The notes under the pieces were generated by a model. That model was given only the letters and a program-made list of their open reading frames with translations, searched no databases and was not told the DNA's origin. A DNA stretch of 64,000 bases from Gemmatimonadales bacterium. Its GTDB lineage: Bacteria; Gemmatimonadota; Gemmatimonadetes; Gemmatimonadales; GWC2-71-9. Position numbers and translations under genes: made by a program. The DNA is taken from the NCBI GenBank assembly GCA_039794085.1, contig JBDIWC010000002.1, positions 9,829 to 73,828 of the forward strand. Reading direction: 5' to 3'. Below are positions 36,634 through 48,029 of the stretch, piece by piece (the stretch's first letter is position 1; each line of letters starts with the position of its first letter).

Positions 36634-38004
36634 TCACCCTGACCGCACGCAGTTCCGGCCCGCCTCCTTCGCCCGGTACAGCGCCGCATCGGCCTGGGCC
36701 GCCAGGTTCTCCCGGGCATTGGTCGTTCCCGGCCACGCCGCCACTCCGAACGACGCCGTGAGCGACCACTCGGTCCCCTGAAACATCCACGTTGCCTCCG
36801 CCAGCGCCTCCCGGACCCGTTCCGCCACGCCACAGCCATGGGCCAGATCCTGATCGGGAAGCCAGATGGCGAACTCCTCTCCTCCCACCCGGCCCGACAC
36901 ATCCCGTCCCCGCACCAGTCGCTCCAGGATCGCCGCGAAGTGGACCAGCGCCGCATCGCCGGCGGCGTGACCCAGGGTGTCGTTCACCCGCTTGAAGTGA
37001 TCGAGATCGGCCGCGATGTACACTCCGCGCACCACGCCCACGGCCTGCATCGCCGCCTCGAACCCCCGGCGGTTGCGGAGTCCGGTGAGGGGGTCCCGCA
37101 CCGCCTGATCCTGCTCCTCCCGCCGGGCAAGGGCCGCCTGGAGCCGGGGGCCCGCCGCGTCGAGTGCATTCTGCAACGCGGCGAACGCTGGGCCGCAGAG
37201 CTCATCGCCACCCGCTGTCCAGAGAACGGCGGCTCCCACCGGCTCTCCCTCCGCAGAGATCGGATAGACCAGGCTCCGCCGCTCCCGGTGGCGCCGGTCC
37301 CCCGGGTCGATTCCCACGGGATCGTAGGCCACCACCATCTCGCGGTTCTCCCCCCGGGCCACCCGGTCCGCCGCCGTTCCCGGCATCACGCGCGCATGCA
37401 GGAGCCGGGTGTCCCCCCGGAGCGCCACCCCAAGGATCTCCACTCCCCTCGAATGCCGCAGGACCACGAGGGTGTCCCCCTCGCAGATCCGTTCCAACTG
37501 GTGGGCCAATCGGACCGCGATGCTCTCGACCGATTCCCCCGGGCGCTCCTGTTCCCGGGCCACCCGGGTGAGGAGCGGCCGGGACTGGAGAAGATGGAGT
37601 AGATGCCGAAGGTCCTCGATTGCGTCCGGAGGGGGTAAGGAGTCGTGGACCAGCATTCCCGCCGCGGGTGGCCGGGCGACCCAGAGGAGCGTGCCCCAGG
37701 CCGTCCTCTCCACCCCCTCACGGTCGTTGCCCCGTGCCACCGTCCGCAGGCGCTCCTCCAGTGCCTCATGGGTTTCGGTCCCCGAGGCCACGGTTCCATG
37801 GAAGATCACGTCGTTCTGGTCCAGGCAGATCAGGATCCCGCGCGCTCCGGTGGCCCTGAGAACCCAGTCGAGAAGGGGATCGGTCCCGCTGCCCCGGGAT
37901 GGAGCAGGCGCGGTCCGCTCACCCCGCGATGCCCGGCGGCCCCGTGCCACCCAGCCCGCGATCCCGCCCGCGGCGAGCCCCACGAGCAGGAGAACCACCT
38001 CCAT
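36634..38004 (-). CDS. diguanylate cyclase (GGDEF) with N-terminal TM anchor and GAF-like sensory domains
   Basis: RVGGEEFAIWLP (GGEEF active site), RxxD-like region; start ATG 38004 one nt after corA stop. Confidence 0.8.
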   Translation of the reverse strand: MEVVLLLVGLAAGGIAGWVARGRRASRGERTAPAPSRGSGTDPLLDWVLRATGARGILICLDQNDVIFHGTVASGTETHEALEERLRTVARGNDREGVERTAWGTLLWVARPPAAGMLVHDSLPPPDAIEDLRHLLHLLQSRPLLTRVAREQERPGESVESIAVRLAHQLERICEGDTLVVLRHSRGVEILGVALRGDTRLLHARVMPGTAADRVARGENREMVVAYDPVGIDPGDRRHRERRSLVYPISAEGEPVGAAVLWTAGGDELCGPAFAALQNALDAAGPRLQAALARREEQDQAVRDPLTGLRNRRGFEAAMQAVGVVRGVYIAADLDHFKRVNDTLGHAAGDAALVHFAAILERLVRGRDVSGRVGGEEFAIWLPDQDLAHGCGVAERVREALAEATWMFQGTEWSLTASFGVAAWPGTTNARENLAAQADAALYRAKEAGRNCVRSG

Positions 38005-38005
38005 G

Positions 38006-38926
38006 TCAGCGTGGTCCGCCCAACCACCCGCGCCGACGGAACCACCAGGCGATCCCCACCGAGAGGAACACCATCGCCACCAGCACGAGGGGATAGCCGA
38101 ATCGGCTCGCCAGCTCGGGCATATGGGCAAAGTTCATCCCGTAGACACCGACGATGAACGTGAGGGGGAGAAAGAAGGCGCTGAAGACGGTGAGCACTCG
38201 CATGACCTCATTGGTCCGGTGCGACGCCACCGACAGATGCACCGCAAGGAGGTTGTTCAACTCCTCGATCAACTGGTCGGCGTAGAAGTGCCATGCCTCC
38301 GCGCTCTCCCGCAGATCCTGGAACAGGGGCACGGCACGCTCGGCCGGGGCCACGAACTGATGGATCACGCCCTGGGTCTTGAACAGCACCCGGCGAATCA
38401 GGGTCACCCGCCTCTTCTGGAGATAGATCGTCTCCAGCGGCGCCGGCCCGCTCCGGTCGAACACGCTCTCCTCGAACCGCTCGATCACCTCTTCAAGTTC
38501 CTCCAGCGGCGGACCGTACGTGGCGAGCACCGCATGGGTGACCACCGCCAGAAGCGAGGAGGCGGTGTCCTCCGATGTCCGGCGTTCGGTCAGGTTTCCC
38601 CGGGCCTCCAGCATGGCGGCGAAGAAGGGCTGGTCCACCCGCCGGATGGTCATGAAAAGGTCCGGCCGGTAGAAGATGGAGATCTTGCGCGTGACCTCCT
38701 GCACGCCCGAGGCGTCCGGCGGCGCCGCTTCATCGATGGCCCGGAGAATCACGAAGGTGGTGTCGCCGATCCGTTCGTACTTGGGCAGATGCTCGGGGTC
38801 GAGACAGTCCTCCACCGAGGTTCGGTGAAGCCCATGCTCGATGGCAAGGAGACCCAGCTCCTCGCGCGTGGGGTTGACCACATCGATCCAGGCCAGGCCG
38901 TTCGTCACGGGAATCTGGCGAATCAT
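38006..38926 (-). CDS. corA: magnesium/cobalt transporter CorA
   Basis: YGMNF (GMN) motif followed by two C-terminal TM helices. Confidence 0.85.
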   Translation of the reverse strand: MIRQIPVTNGLAWIDVVNPTREELGLLAIEHGLHRTSVEDCLDPEHLPKYERIGDTTFVILRAIDEAAPPDASGVQEVTRKISIFYRPDLFMTIRRVDQPFFAAMLEARGNLTERRTSEDTASSLLAVVTHAVLATYGPPLEELEEVIERFEESVFDRSGPAPLETIYLQKRRVTLIRRVLFKTQGVIHQFVAPAERAVPLFQDLRESAEAWHFYADQLIEELNNLLAVHLSVASHRTNEVMRVLTVFSAFFLPLTFIVGVYGMNFAHMPELASRFGYPLVLVAMVFLSVGIAWWFRRRGWLGGPR

Positions 38927-39681
38927 GGTTCCATCCCTCGCAGAATGCGCACGGCGGCCATCGCGGCTCCGAACCCGTTGTCCACGTTCACCACGGTGAC
39001 GCCCGCCGCACAACTGTTCAGCATTCCCAGCAGCGCGGCCACCCCTCCAAACGAGGCCCCGTACCCCACGCTGGTGGGCACCGCAATGACCGGTTGCCGC
39101 ACCAGTCCCCCGACCACGCTGGGCAGCGCCCCTTCCATGCCAGCCACCACGATGATGACTCCGGCACGCCGGAGCGCGTCACCGTTGGAGAGAAGGCGGT
39201 GGATCCCCGCCACCCCAACGTCGTTCAGCCGCTCCACCGCTACTCCCGCCGCCTCGGCCACAACGGCGGCCTCCTCACTTACCGGAAGGTCGCTGGTGCC
39301 GGCGGTGACGATGCACACTGGCGCTCCCACGGGATCCCCCGTCGTGGAGGAGCGGAGCCAGAGGGTTCGGCCGAGGGTGTTGTAGTGAACGTCGGGATAC
39401 GCGCGGCACACGAGCTCGGCCTGCACCGGTGTCGCCCGGGTGACCAGAAAGGAGCCATGCACCTCGGCCAGGCGACCACAGATCTGCACCACCTGTTCCG
39501 GTTCCTTGCCCGCCCCGAACACCACCTCGGGAAACCCGGTGCGCAGGGCCCGGTGATGATCGATGGAGGCGAAGGGGAGATTCCCGGTGGGGAAGTCCCG
39601 GAGCCGGGCCAGCGCATCCTCCGGAGAGAGTCGGCTCTCCGCCACCGCGCTCAGCAGGGCCGCGAGATCGTCGCGGTTCAC
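38923..39681 (-). CDS. LarB-like PurE-family (AIR carboxylase-related) protein
   Basis: C-terminal PurE-like fold PVCIVTAGTSDLPV...IIVVAGMEGALPSVVGGL...PTSVGYGAS; 252 aa with N-terminal extension as in LarB; GTG start overlaps dus TGA. Confidence 0.6.
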   Translation of the reverse strand: MNRDDLAALLSAVAESRLSPEDALARLRDFPTGNLPFASIDHHRALRTGFPEVVFGAGKEPEQVVQICGRLAEVHGSFLVTRATPVQAELVCRAYPDVHYNTLGRTLWLRSSTTGDPVGAPVCIVTAGTSDLPVSEEAAVVAEAAGVAVERLNDVGVAGIHRLLSNGDALRRAGVIIVVAGMEGALPSVVGGLVRQPVIAVPTSVGYGASFGGVAALLGMLNSCAAGVTVVNVDNGFGAAMAAVRILRGMEP

Positions 39682-40661
39682 GCCGCGCAGGACACCGGTT
39701 CGAGGTAGGCCTGGAAGATCGCTTCGGCCTCGGCCATCGACTCGACCTGAAAGAGCCGCTGGCGGAGCGTCGAGGAACCGGGGAGCCCCTTGGTGTACCA
39801 GCCGAAGTGCTTCCGGAACTCGACCACGGTGCGCCGGGTGTCGCCCTGGAGCTCGAGGGCGAGCCGGGCATGCTCCAAGGCCACCGCGAACCGCTCCGCA
39901 GCAGACGGCGCCTCCGGGAGCGGTTCCCCGCGAAGGAGTGCCCGGCCCGCGGCAAAAACCCACGGATTTCCGAAGCTCCCCCGCCCCACCATCACCCCCG
40001 CGCACCCCGTGTGATCCCGCATCCGCACGATGTCCTGGGGCGACACGACATCGCCATTGCCGATGACGGGAATGTCCAGCGCCTCGACGACCCGGGCAAT
40101 CTCGTCCCAGTCGGCAGAGCCGGTGAACATCTGGGTCCGGGTCCGGGCGTGCAGCGTGAAGGCACGGGCTCCGGCATCCTGGATCCGCAGGGCGATCTCC
40201 ACGGGTGTCCGCGTTGCACTGTCCCAGCCGCTTCGGGTCTTGACGGTGACCGGGAGGTGAGTGGCCTGGACCACCGCCCGGATGATCCGGTTCACCAGGT
40301 CCATGTCCCGGAGGCACCCCGACCCCCCGTTCCGCTGTACCACCTTCTTGACCGGGCACCCGAAGTTGATGTCGATGAAATCGGGGGCGTAGGCTTCGGT
40401 CACCACGGCGGCGGCCCGCGCCATTCCCTCCGGATCGGCCCCGTAAATCTGAACCCCGATCGGCCGTTCCGATTCCGCGAACTCGGCTCCCTCCAATGTC
40501 CGGCGGATGCCCCGGCGAATTGCCTCCGCCGAGAGAAACTCCGACATGAGCACGTCCGCCCCCATCCTCCGGCAGATCTGCCGAAAGGGAGCCTCGCTCA
40601 CCCCGGCCATGGGAGCCAGGATCAGCGGGGTATCGAGTGACGGCGCATACGGTAAACGCAT
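39678..40661 (-). CDS. dus: tRNA-dihydrouridine synthase
   Basis: LAPMAGVSEAPFR, INFGCP, TVKTRSGW Dus family motifs. Confidence 0.85.
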   Translation of the reverse strand: MRLPYAPSLDTPLILAPMAGVSEAPFRQICRRMGADVLMSEFLSAEAIRRGIRRTLEGAEFAESERPIGVQIYGADPEGMARAAAVVTEAYAPDFIDINFGCPVKKVVQRNGGSGCLRDMDLVNRIIRAVVQATHLPVTVKTRSGWDSATRTPVEIALRIQDAGARAFTLHARTRTQMFTGSADWDEIARVVEALDIPVIGNGDVVSPQDIVRMRDHTGCAGVMVGRGSFGNPWVFAAGRALLRGEPLPEAPSAAERFAVALEHARLALELQGDTRRTVVEFRKHFGWYTKGLPGSSTLRQRLFQVESMAEAEAIFQAYLEPVSCAA

Positions 40662-40794
40662 GATTACAAGTTACTTATGATGCTTGATCGCCACAAGGAA
40701 CGGCACGGTTCCGGGCATCCTCGTCTCCTCCCCGCTCCAAGGTTTGGTGAACCACCGGTATGCATTTCAGCAAAGCCGCCATGAACGCTGCTCT

Positions 40795-40910
40795 TTAACC
40801 ACGAAATCCACGAAACGACACGAACGCGACGGACCTGACCGTGTTCTTGGGATAGACCGCATCGGGTGGACGGGGCGGAACGGATTTCGTGCTTTTTCGT
40901 GACTTTCGTG
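40795..40910. repeat. repeat element, CACGAA hairpin: CCACGAAATCCACGAAACGACACGAACG ... GGATTTCGTGCTTTTTCGTGACTTTCGTGG
   Basis: inverted arms about 50 bp apart in divergent dus/ptsN intergenic region. Confidence 0.8.
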
Positions 40911-40945
40911 GTTCCATCTCTCCCCGTCTGGTATCTTCACTCCCC

Positions 40946-41428
40946 ATGCGACTCGTTGACTTCCTCGACCCCGGCGCCGTCAGTCTCGATCTCTCCGGGG
41001 TCACACCGGAGGCAGTACGGGCGGAACTGGTGGCGTTGTTGCGGATCGGGGACCGGGCCCACGAGGAGAGACTGTGCCGTCTTCTGGCTCGGCGTGAGCG
41101 GCTCGGAAGTACCGGCATCGGTCGGGGAATCGCCATCCCTCATTGCCGGTCCCTCGGCATGACCCGGCTCCACCTCGCTTTCGGACGCCATCGCACCGGC
41201 ATCGACTACACAGCGATCGACGGGAGACCGGTGCGGTTCTTCTTTCTCATCGTGGCCCCGCCGGTCGAGGTGGCCAACCGGTATCTGCCGGTTCTGGGGC
41301 GCATTGCGTTGCTGGCCCGGGACCGTGAGGTTCCCCGGCGGCTGGCCCGCGCTCGGACGGTGGAGGAGATCGTCGCCGTACTGGACGGCCGGGACGGCCT
41401 CGATCAGGGGGGTCACACCACCGGCTGA
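40946..41428 (+). CDS. ptsN: PTS EIIA(Ntr)-type regulatory protein (PtsN-like)
   Basis: PTS EIIA type-2 fold with phosphorylatable His region GIGRGIAIPH; start ATG 40946. Confidence 0.7.
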   Translation: MRLVDFLDPGAVSLDLSGVTPEAVRAELVALLRIGDRAHEERLCRLLARRERLGSTGIGRGIAIPHCRSLGMTRLHLAFGRHRTGIDYTAIDGRPVRFFFLIVAPPVEVANRYLPVLGRIALLARDREVPRRLARARTVEEIVAVLDGRDGLDQGGHTTG

Positions 41429-42279
41429 AACTCCGCGGCACGTTCCCGGACGAACGCCTCGAAGGTGCGAGGCTCGCGGCCACCCACGGTTCTGATCACA
41501 TCCGTGACGGTGGCATTGGAGCCGTCGGCCAGTTCGTCGCCCAGAGCCACCAGGTCATCCGCCAGCCATTGGGGACATCCGCCGCGCACCAGGCGATCCC
41601 GGGCCTCATGCCGGAGCAGATCCACATAGGCGACCCGATGCCCCGTCACCCGGGAGATGGTTTCGGCCACCTGTAGCATGGTGAGGGAGGCGGGACCGGT
41701 CACCTCGAGCGTCCGGGCCGCGCCCTCGATCGATGTCGTCAGCACCCCCGCGGCCACCGCCGCTATGTCCCCCACGTCGACATAGGCCACCCGCGCATCC
41801 CCGATCGACCCGTACAGACGACCCTCCTCCCGCACGGTCGGCGCGTCTCCCAGGAAGTTCTGCATGAAGGCGGCACACCGCAGGCTGGTGAGCGGCATGC
41901 CGAAGGCCGCCCACTGCTCCTCGGACCGGGCATGCCACCGGAGCAACGACACCGGGGAATCGGCCCGTGCTCCGAGGCCCGACATCCGGACGCAGTGCTC
42001 CACCCGATGTCGCTGGGCCGCCCCCATCAGGTGACGCTCCATTTCGACCTGGGAGGGATCGGGAGATGAGGCCAGGAACACCCTCCGGATCCCTTCCAGG
42101 GGAGCATCGAGAGTTTCGGGGATGGCCAGGTTTCCCACCATCACCGGCACACCCCTGTCCCGCAGGTCAGCACCGCGGCGAGGATCCCGGACCAGGGCGC
42201 GCACCGGGACCTTTCGTTCCATGAGCTCCCGTACCACCCCGCTCCCCACCTTCCCCGTGGCCCCGATGACGAGAATCAT
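41413..42279 (-). CDS. NmrA-like / atypical SDR NAD(P)H-binding protein
   Basis: N-terminal Rossmann MILVIGATGKVGSGVVREL. Confidence 0.7.
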   Translation of the reverse strand: MILVIGATGKVGSGVVRELMERKVPVRALVRDPRRGADLRDRGVPVMVGNLAIPETLDAPLEGIRRVFLASSPDPSQVEMERHLMGAAQRHRVEHCVRMSGLGARADSPVSLLRWHARSEEQWAAFGMPLTSLRCAAFMQNFLGDAPTVREEGRLYGSIGDARVAYVDVGDIAAVAAGVLTTSIEGAARTLEVTGPASLTMLQVAETISRVTGHRVAYVDLLRHEARDRLVRGGCPQWLADDLVALGDELADGSNATVTDVIRTVGGREPRTFEAFVRERAAEFQPVV

Positions 42280-42306
42280 GTTCCCTCCTTTGTGCCGCGA
42301 TCCTTC

Positions 42307-43860
42307 CTATTCCCACTCGATCGTGGCGGGTGGTTTGGAACTGATATCGTAGACCACCCGATTCACCCCGTCCACCTCGTTGGCGATCCGGTTGGCCACC
42401 CGGGCCAGGACATCGGCCGGAAAGGGGTACCAATCGGCTGTCATGCCGTCCCGGCTGGTGACCGCCCGAAGTGCGATGACCTGATCATAGCTCCGTTCGT
42501 CTCCCACCACACCCACGGAGCGGACGGGGAGGAGCACCGCGAAGGCCTGCCAGATCTCATCGTAGAGATCGGCCGCGCGGATTTCCTCCAGAAAGATATG
42601 ATCCGCGGCCCTCAATCGGTCCAGTCCCTCCCGGGTCACCGCCCCCGGAATCCGGATGGCGAGTCCCGGCCCCGGGAAGGGGTGTCGTCCGACCATCTCC
42701 TCGGGGAGGCCCAGTTCGCGGCCCACCTGGCGGACCTCGTCCTTGAACAGCTCGCGAAGGGGCTCCAGCAATCCGAAGGGGAGGCGTTCGGGGAGCCCCC
42801 CGACGTTGTGGTGAGTCTTGATGGTGGCCGAGGGTCCTCCGTGACTGCTCATCGACTCGATCACATCGGGGTAGAGGGTCCCCTGCACCAGCCAGCGGAC
42901 GTCGCTCCCCACCGCCTTCGCCTCCCGCTCGAACACATCGATGAAGGTGTGGCCGATGCGCTTCCGCTTCACCTCGGGATCGCTGACTCCCTCCAGCGCG
43001 GCCAGAAACTCCTCGGTGGCATCGACCACCCGGAGATCAATGCCGAGATGGCGGCGGAAGGTGCGCTCGACCTGATCCCGCTCGTGCAGCCGCAGGAGTC
43101 CGTGATCCACGAAGATGCAGGTGAGGCGATCGCCGACGGCGCGGTGCACCAGGGCGGCGGCCACCGAGGAGTCGACGCCGCCCGACAGTCCGCAGATCAC
43201 CCGGTCGGTGTTCCCCACCTGGTCCTGCACCCGGGTGATCTCCGAGGCGACGAAGTGCTCCGCCGTCCAGTCGGGAGTGCATCCGCAGATGTCGAAGAGA
43301 AAGGTCCCGAGCATCTCCGACCCACGCGGGGTGTGGGCGACTTCCGGATGAAACTGGACCCCGAAGAGGGGGAGGGTCTCGTGTTCGATCGCCGCGATCG
43401 GGGTGTTGTCGCTGGACGCCACGACCCGGAAGCCCGGCGGGGGCTCCATCACGGAATCACCGTGGCTCATCCAGACGGGGGTCTCCTCACCGGGAGAGAA
43501 CGTCGGAAAGAGGCGCCCCCCCGTGACACGCAGGTCCGCCCTCCCGTACTCGCGCCGATCGGCCCGGTGCACGCGTCCTCCGGCCAGGTGGGCCATCACC
43601 TGCATGCCGTAGCAGAGGCCGAGCACGGGGACCCCGAGGTCCAGAAGGCCCGGATCGGCGGTGGGCACGTTGTCGCCGTACACCGAGGAGGGACCACCCG
43701 AGAGAATGATCCCCCGGGGATTCCACCGCCGGATCCACTCCAGATCCCGCGAGGGGGGATGGATCTCACAGTACACGCGGGCCTCCCGCACCCGTCTCGC
43801 GATGAGCTGAACGTACTGGGCGCCGAAGTCGATGATGAGGATGCCGGGGTGGTGCGTCAT
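42307..43860 (-). CDS. guaA: GMP synthase (glutamine-hydrolysing)
   Basis: class I GATase (GLCYGMQ), PP-loop SGGVDSSV, C-terminal dimerisation domain ...KPPATIEWE. Confidence 0.9.
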   Translation of the reverse strand: MTHHPGILIIDFGAQYVQLIARRVREARVYCEIHPPSRDLEWIRRWNPRGIILSGGPSSVYGDNVPTADPGLLDLGVPVLGLCYGMQVMAHLAGGRVHRADRREYGRADLRVTGGRLFPTFSPGEETPVWMSHGDSVMEPPPGFRVVASSDNTPIAAIEHETLPLFGVQFHPEVAHTPRGSEMLGTFLFDICGCTPDWTAEHFVASEITRVQDQVGNTDRVICGLSGGVDSSVAAALVHRAVGDRLTCIFVDHGLLRLHERDQVERTFRRHLGIDLRVVDATEEFLAALEGVSDPEVKRKRIGHTFIDVFEREAKAVGSDVRWLVQGTLYPDVIESMSSHGGPSATIKTHHNVGGLPERLPFGLLEPLRELFKDEVRQVGRELGLPEEMVGRHPFPGPGLAIRIPGAVTREGLDRLRAADHIFLEEIRAADLYDEIWQAFAVLLPVRSVGVVGDERSYDQVIALRAVTSRDGMTADWYPFPADVLARVANRIANEVDGVNRVVYDISSKPPATIEWE

Positions 43861-45143
43861 GACGGTCCGCGGTCGGAGGAGAGGAGGGAGAGGGGATCGG
43901 GCCGCTCGCGGCGGAACAGGTCATCGACCGTTTCGCGGGCGCGGGCGAGCGCCGAGCGTCCCCCGGCCACCACCACCTCCGGGGGCCGTCTCCGCAAGTT
44001 ATAGTTCGACCCCATGCTGTAGGCGTAGGCGCCGGCACCCAGCACCGCGAGCACGGTTCCGGCGGGCACCGCGGGGAGCACTCGATCCCGGGCCAGCCAG
44101 TCGCCGGTCTCGCACACCGGGCCCACCACGTCCGTGGGACCGACCGGGCCGGCGACGGGGCACACCGGGACAATGTGATGATAGGCCTGGTAGAGACTCG
44201 GCCGGGACAGGTCGTTCATCCCGGCATCCACAATGACAAAATCCTTCCCCCCGGAATGTTTCCGGTAGAGGACTCGAGTGAGGAGAACTCCCCCCGGCCC
44301 CACCAGGTACCGGCCCGGTTCCATCTGCGCCTCAAGTCCGCTCTGGCGGACCCCGGTGGCCACCGCCGCCGCGAGGTCCCGGGGGTCGAGCGCGACTTCG
44401 TCCCGGAACCGCATGCCGATGCCCCCCCCGAGGTCGAGCACCCGCAGATCATCGGCGAGGTGGTTCGCTCTCAGGCGATCGAGAAGGCCGAGCAGGCACG
44501 TGAGTCCGTTCCCATAGGGAGCGGGTACGAGGAGTTGGCTTCCCAGGTGCATTCCCAGAGTGTGAAAGGCAAGCCGGGGCGAGGCCGCAATCTTCTCGGC
44601 GGCGGCCTCCACCTGGTCGGCGGGAATGCCGAACTTGATCCCGGCCTGGCCGGTGGAAATGTAAGGATGAGTCTCGGTCGTCACTCCGGGATTCACCCGG
44701 ATACCCACCGCCACATCCCGCCCTTGGTGCGCGGCGACCCGGGCCAGAAGGTCAATTTCCTTCGGGGACTCCACATGGATCGCCCCGAGGCCGGCCCGCA
44801 CCGCCTCCGCCAGCTCCTTCTCGGTTTTCCCGACGCCGCTGTAGACGATGCGGTCGGCGGGAATTCCCGCCCGGAGCGCCGCCGCCATCTCCCCGCCGGA
44901 CACGATGTCCGCCCCGGCGCCGAGAGCGGCGAGGGTTTCCAGAATGGCCCGGGAGCCATTGGCCTTGACGGCATAGCGGACACGGAGAGGCACCCCCTGA
45001 CCGGCGAAGGCCTGGTGCAGGAGATCGTGCCGTGACCGGAGCACATCCAGATTGTACACGAAGATCGGGGTGTCGAACTCCCGGGCCACGGTGGCGAGGG
45101 AGACCCCCGCCATGTCCAGCGAGCCATCCGGCGCACGGCTCAT
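43857..45143 (-). CDS. lysA: diaminopimelate decarboxylase
   Basis: PLP fold YAVKAN, GGGIG, C-terminal beta domain; start taken at ATG about 45143 downstream of proS stop. Confidence 0.85.
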   Translation of the reverse strand: MSRAPDGSLDMAGVSLATVAREFDTPIFVYNLDVLRSRHDLLHQAFAGQGVPLRVRYAVKANGSRAILETLAALGAGADIVSGGEMAAALRAGIPADRIVYSGVGKTEKELAEAVRAGLGAIHVESPKEIDLLARVAAHQGRDVAVGIRVNPGVTTETHPYISTGQAGIKFGIPADQVEAAAEKIAASPRLAFHTLGMHLGSQLLVPAPYGNGLTCLLGLLDRLRANHLADDLRVLDLGGGIGMRFRDEVALDPRDLAAAVATGVRQSGLEAQMEPGRYLVGPGGVLLTRVLYRKHSGGKDFVIVDAGMNDLSRPSLYQAYHHIVPVCPVAGPVGPTDVVGPVCETGDWLARDRVLPAVPAGTVLAVLGAGAYAYSMGSNYNLRRRPPEVVVAGGRSALARARETVDDLFRRERPDPLSLLSSDRGPS

Positions 45144-45205
45144 CCCTCCCTCCGCCAGAAGGTCCGCCTCCCACGGTTCCCTCGGGTCGACGGGCGGGAC
45201 CACCC

Positions 45206-46648
45206 TCAGTACGCCTTGGCCCAGACCGCCTCGTCCCGCGCGGGATTCCCACACCAGAGACAGGTGGCCGGCGGGGACTCGGACCGGAACTCGGCATCAG
45301 GAAGCACGCGAATGGTGGCCTTGGTGGTGCTCTTGATGTCCGCTTCGCACGCCACCTGACCGCACCACCCCCCGTAGACGAATCCTCCGTCTCCCTCCAT
45401 GAGCGCGATGAAATCGTCCCGGCTCACGCCGCGATGACTGTTGGCCTCCCGCCGCTGGAGGGCGGCCGTCAGCATGTCGGCCTGCATGAGATCCAGCGCC
45501 TCACGAACCGTTGCCACCACCCCCGCGCGAGGCGCCGGCGCCTTCCCGCCGGTGCGCCGGGCCAGCATCACCGTGCCCTGGGCCAGGTCCCGCGGCCCGA
45601 TCTCCATCCGGAGTGGCACCCCGCGCGTCTCCCATTCGTAGTACTTCGCCCCCGGCTTGATCCCCTCCCGAACGTCGATCGTGGCGCGAATCCCGGCCTC
45701 CCGCAGCTCCGCGAGGAGAGCGTGGCCCGCCTCCGCGGTGGCGCTCCGTTCCTCGTCGCTCCGCCAGATGGGGACCACCACGACCTGCCACTGCGCCAGG
45801 CGGGGCGGGCAGACGAGGCCGGCATCGTCACCGTGGGTCATGATGAGGCCGCCGATCAGGCGGGTGGACACTCCCCAGGACGTGCTCCAGACATGGTCCA
45901 GTCCCCCGTCCGCCGTCTGGTAGGTCACGTCGAACGCCCGGGCAAAGTTCTGGCCCAGGTTGTGGCTGGTACCGGCCTGGAGCGACTTGTTGTCCTGCAT
46001 CAGAGCTTCGCAGGCGTAGGTCCGCACCGCCCCGGCAAAGCGCTCTGAATCGCTCTTGCGCCCGGTGAGCACCGGCATCGCCATCCACGATTCCATGAAG
46101 GTGCGGTAGATCCCGAGGATCCGGAGAGTTTCCTCCTCCGCCTCCGCCTCGCTGGCATGTGCGGTATGGCCCTCCTGCCAGAGGAACTCGGTGGTCCGCA
46201 GGAAGAGGCGCGTCCGCAGTTCCCATCGCACCACGTTGGCCCACTGGTTGAGCAGCACCGGAAGGTCCCGGTAGCTCTGGATCCACTTCGACAGCATCGC
46301 GTAGATGATGGTTTCCGACGTGGGGCGCACGACCAGAGGCTCCTCCAGGAGCTTGCCCCCTCCGTGGGTCACCACCGCCGTTTCCGGGGCGAATCCCTCG
46401 ACATGCTCCGCTTCCTTGGCCAGGAAGCTTTGCGGAATGAAGAGCGGGAAATACGCATTCTGATGCCCGGTGTCCTTGAACATCCGGTCCAGACCCCGTT
46501 GCATCTCCTCCCAGATGGCGTACCCGTTGGGCCGGATGACCATGCACCCCCGGACCGGACTGTAGTCGGCGAGTTCGGATCGCAGGACGAGTTCGTTGTA
46601 CCAGGCGTTGAAGTCCTTCGCCCGGGGAGTCAGACCTTTGTCAGCCAT
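45206..46648 (-). CDS. proS: prolyl-tRNA synthetase (archaeal/eukaryote-like class II type)
   Basis: 480 aa; class II motifs, anticodon-binding and C-terminal Zn-binding-like region CLWCGNPA. Confidence 0.9.
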   Translation of the reverse strand: MADKGLTPRAKDFNAWYNELVLRSELADYSPVRGCMVIRPNGYAIWEEMQRGLDRMFKDTGHQNAYFPLFIPQSFLAKEAEHVEGFAPETAVVTHGGGKLLEEPLVVRPTSETIIYAMLSKWIQSYRDLPVLLNQWANVVRWELRTRLFLRTTEFLWQEGHTAHASEAEAEEETLRILGIYRTFMESWMAMPVLTGRKSDSERFAGAVRTYACEALMQDNKSLQAGTSHNLGQNFARAFDVTYQTADGGLDHVWSTSWGVSTRLIGGLIMTHGDDAGLVCPPRLAQWQVVVVPIWRSDEERSATAEAGHALLAELREAGIRATIDVREGIKPGAKYYEWETRGVPLRMEIGPRDLAQGTVMLARRTGGKAPAPRAGVVATVREALDLMQADMLTAALQRREANSHRGVSRDDFIALMEGDGGFVYGGWCGQVACEADIKSTTKATIRVLPDAEFRSESPPATCLWCGNPARDEAVWAKAY

Positions 46649-47987
46649 CGTGGGCCATCGGCGTTTCGTGGGAGGTGGCGGATGCCGCGAGGGCAGTCCG
46701 AAGCGTGGCGACCGCGCGGTCGCGCGGAACGTGCCGCTGGGTGTTGGTGGCCAGGTCCTTCAGCACCACCTCCCCGCGGGCGCGGTCGTCAGGGCCGATC
46801 ACAACGGCCCAGGTGGCCCGCCGAGCGTCGGCGTGGCGCAGTTGGCGGCCCAGTGCCTGGACAGAGAGGCCATACTCGGTCCGTACCCCGGCCCTCCGCA
46901 GTTCTGCCGCCAGGGAAAGGACGTGGACCTGATCCTCAGGAGTGACTCCGGCCACCCAGACATCGAGTCGTCCGGGTGTCCCGGGGACGAGGTTCCGGTC
47001 CTTCAATAGTTCCCCGAGCACCACGTCTCCCATGCCAAATCCGCAGGCGGGAAGGTCGACGCCGCCCAGCGCGAGCAGGAGACCGTCATACCGCCCGCCG
47101 CCACAGATGGCACGGAGGGATCGTCCCGCATCGAAGAGTTCGAACACGGTACCTGTGTAGTAGGCGAGGCCACGCACGATGGTCAGGTCGACATCGACGA
47201 AGTCACCGACACCCAACGCCTCCAGCCCGGCCACCACGGCGCGGAGACCGGTGCCGGCGTCCTCCCCCCCCGGGACCATCGCCAGGGCTTCCTCGACGGC
47301 GGGCATCCCCCGGAGTCCGGCCACCGCGCGGAGGGGTTCCGCCATCCCGGATCCGAGCCCGGAGCGCTCCAGCATCTCGTCGAGGGCCGCCGGTGTGAGG
47401 CGCTCGATCTTGTCCACCACCTGGTAGGCCTCGGAGAGCATCTCCTCGACCACCCCGGCCTGCCGAAGCAGCGCCGCGAGCACCCGGCGGTCGGAGAGCC
47501 GTACCCGGACCTCCCGGGGTCCCAGCCCCAGTTCCCGCATGATCTCGAGGGCCAGCGCAATCACCTCGGCGTCCGCGAGCGGTCCGGGTTCGCCGATCAG
47601 ATCGCAGTTGAGCTGGAAGTGTTCCCGGAGCCGGCCCCGCTGCTGCCGTTCATAGCGAAAGAGCTGTGGCGTGGCGAACCACCGGATCGGTTTGCGGAGT
47701 CCATTCGCCCGAGCCGCCACCATCCGAGCGAGGGTGGGCGTCATTTCCGGACGCAGTGCCACCTGCCGCCCCCCCTTGTCCTCGAACGCATAGAGCTGGG
47801 TCACGATTTCGGGGCCGCTCTTGGAGGTATAGAGTTCCAGTGGCTCCAGGGGAGGACCGTCGTATTCATCGAAACCGAAGCGGAGGGCCACGCGCCGCCA
47901 GGCAGCAACAATGTGTGCGCGGAGGGCAAAGTCGTCGGGATAGAAGTCGCGGAATCCCGGCAGCGCCTTGGTGTGCATCCCGGGCAA
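46641..47987 (-). CDS. hisS: histidyl-tRNA synthetase
   Basis: ALRPEMTP (HisRS motif), class II motifs, anticodon-binding domain. Confidence 0.9.
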   Translation of the reverse strand: MPGMHTKALPGFRDFYPDDFALRAHIVAAWRRVALRFGFDEYDGPPLEPLELYTSKSGPEIVTQLYAFEDKGGRQVALRPEMTPTLARMVAARANGLRKPIRWFATPQLFRYERQQRGRLREHFQLNCDLIGEPGPLADAEVIALALEIMRELGLGPREVRVRLSDRRVLAALLRQAGVVEEMLSEAYQVVDKIERLTPAALDEMLERSGLGSGMAEPLRAVAGLRGMPAVEEALAMVPGGEDAGTGLRAVVAGLEALGVGDFVDVDLTIVRGLAYYTGTVFELFDAGRSLRAICGGGRYDGLLLALGGVDLPACGFGMGDVVLGELLKDRNLVPGTPGRLDVWVAGVTPEDQVHVLSLAAELRRAGVRTEYGLSVQALGRQLRHADARRATWAVVIGPDDRARGEVVLKDLATNTQRHVPRDRAVATLRTALAASATSHETPMAHDG

Positions 47988-48029
47988 AATAAGCCCCCCG
48001 CCCCGCGGGTACCACCCCGAAAACCTCTG

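Noticed and set aside
40946-41428. ptsN as part of an rpoN-hpf-ptsN cluster
   Set aside because: No rpoN or hpf adjacent; gene stands alone after a repeat element, so only the EIIA-Ntr-like annotation is kept.
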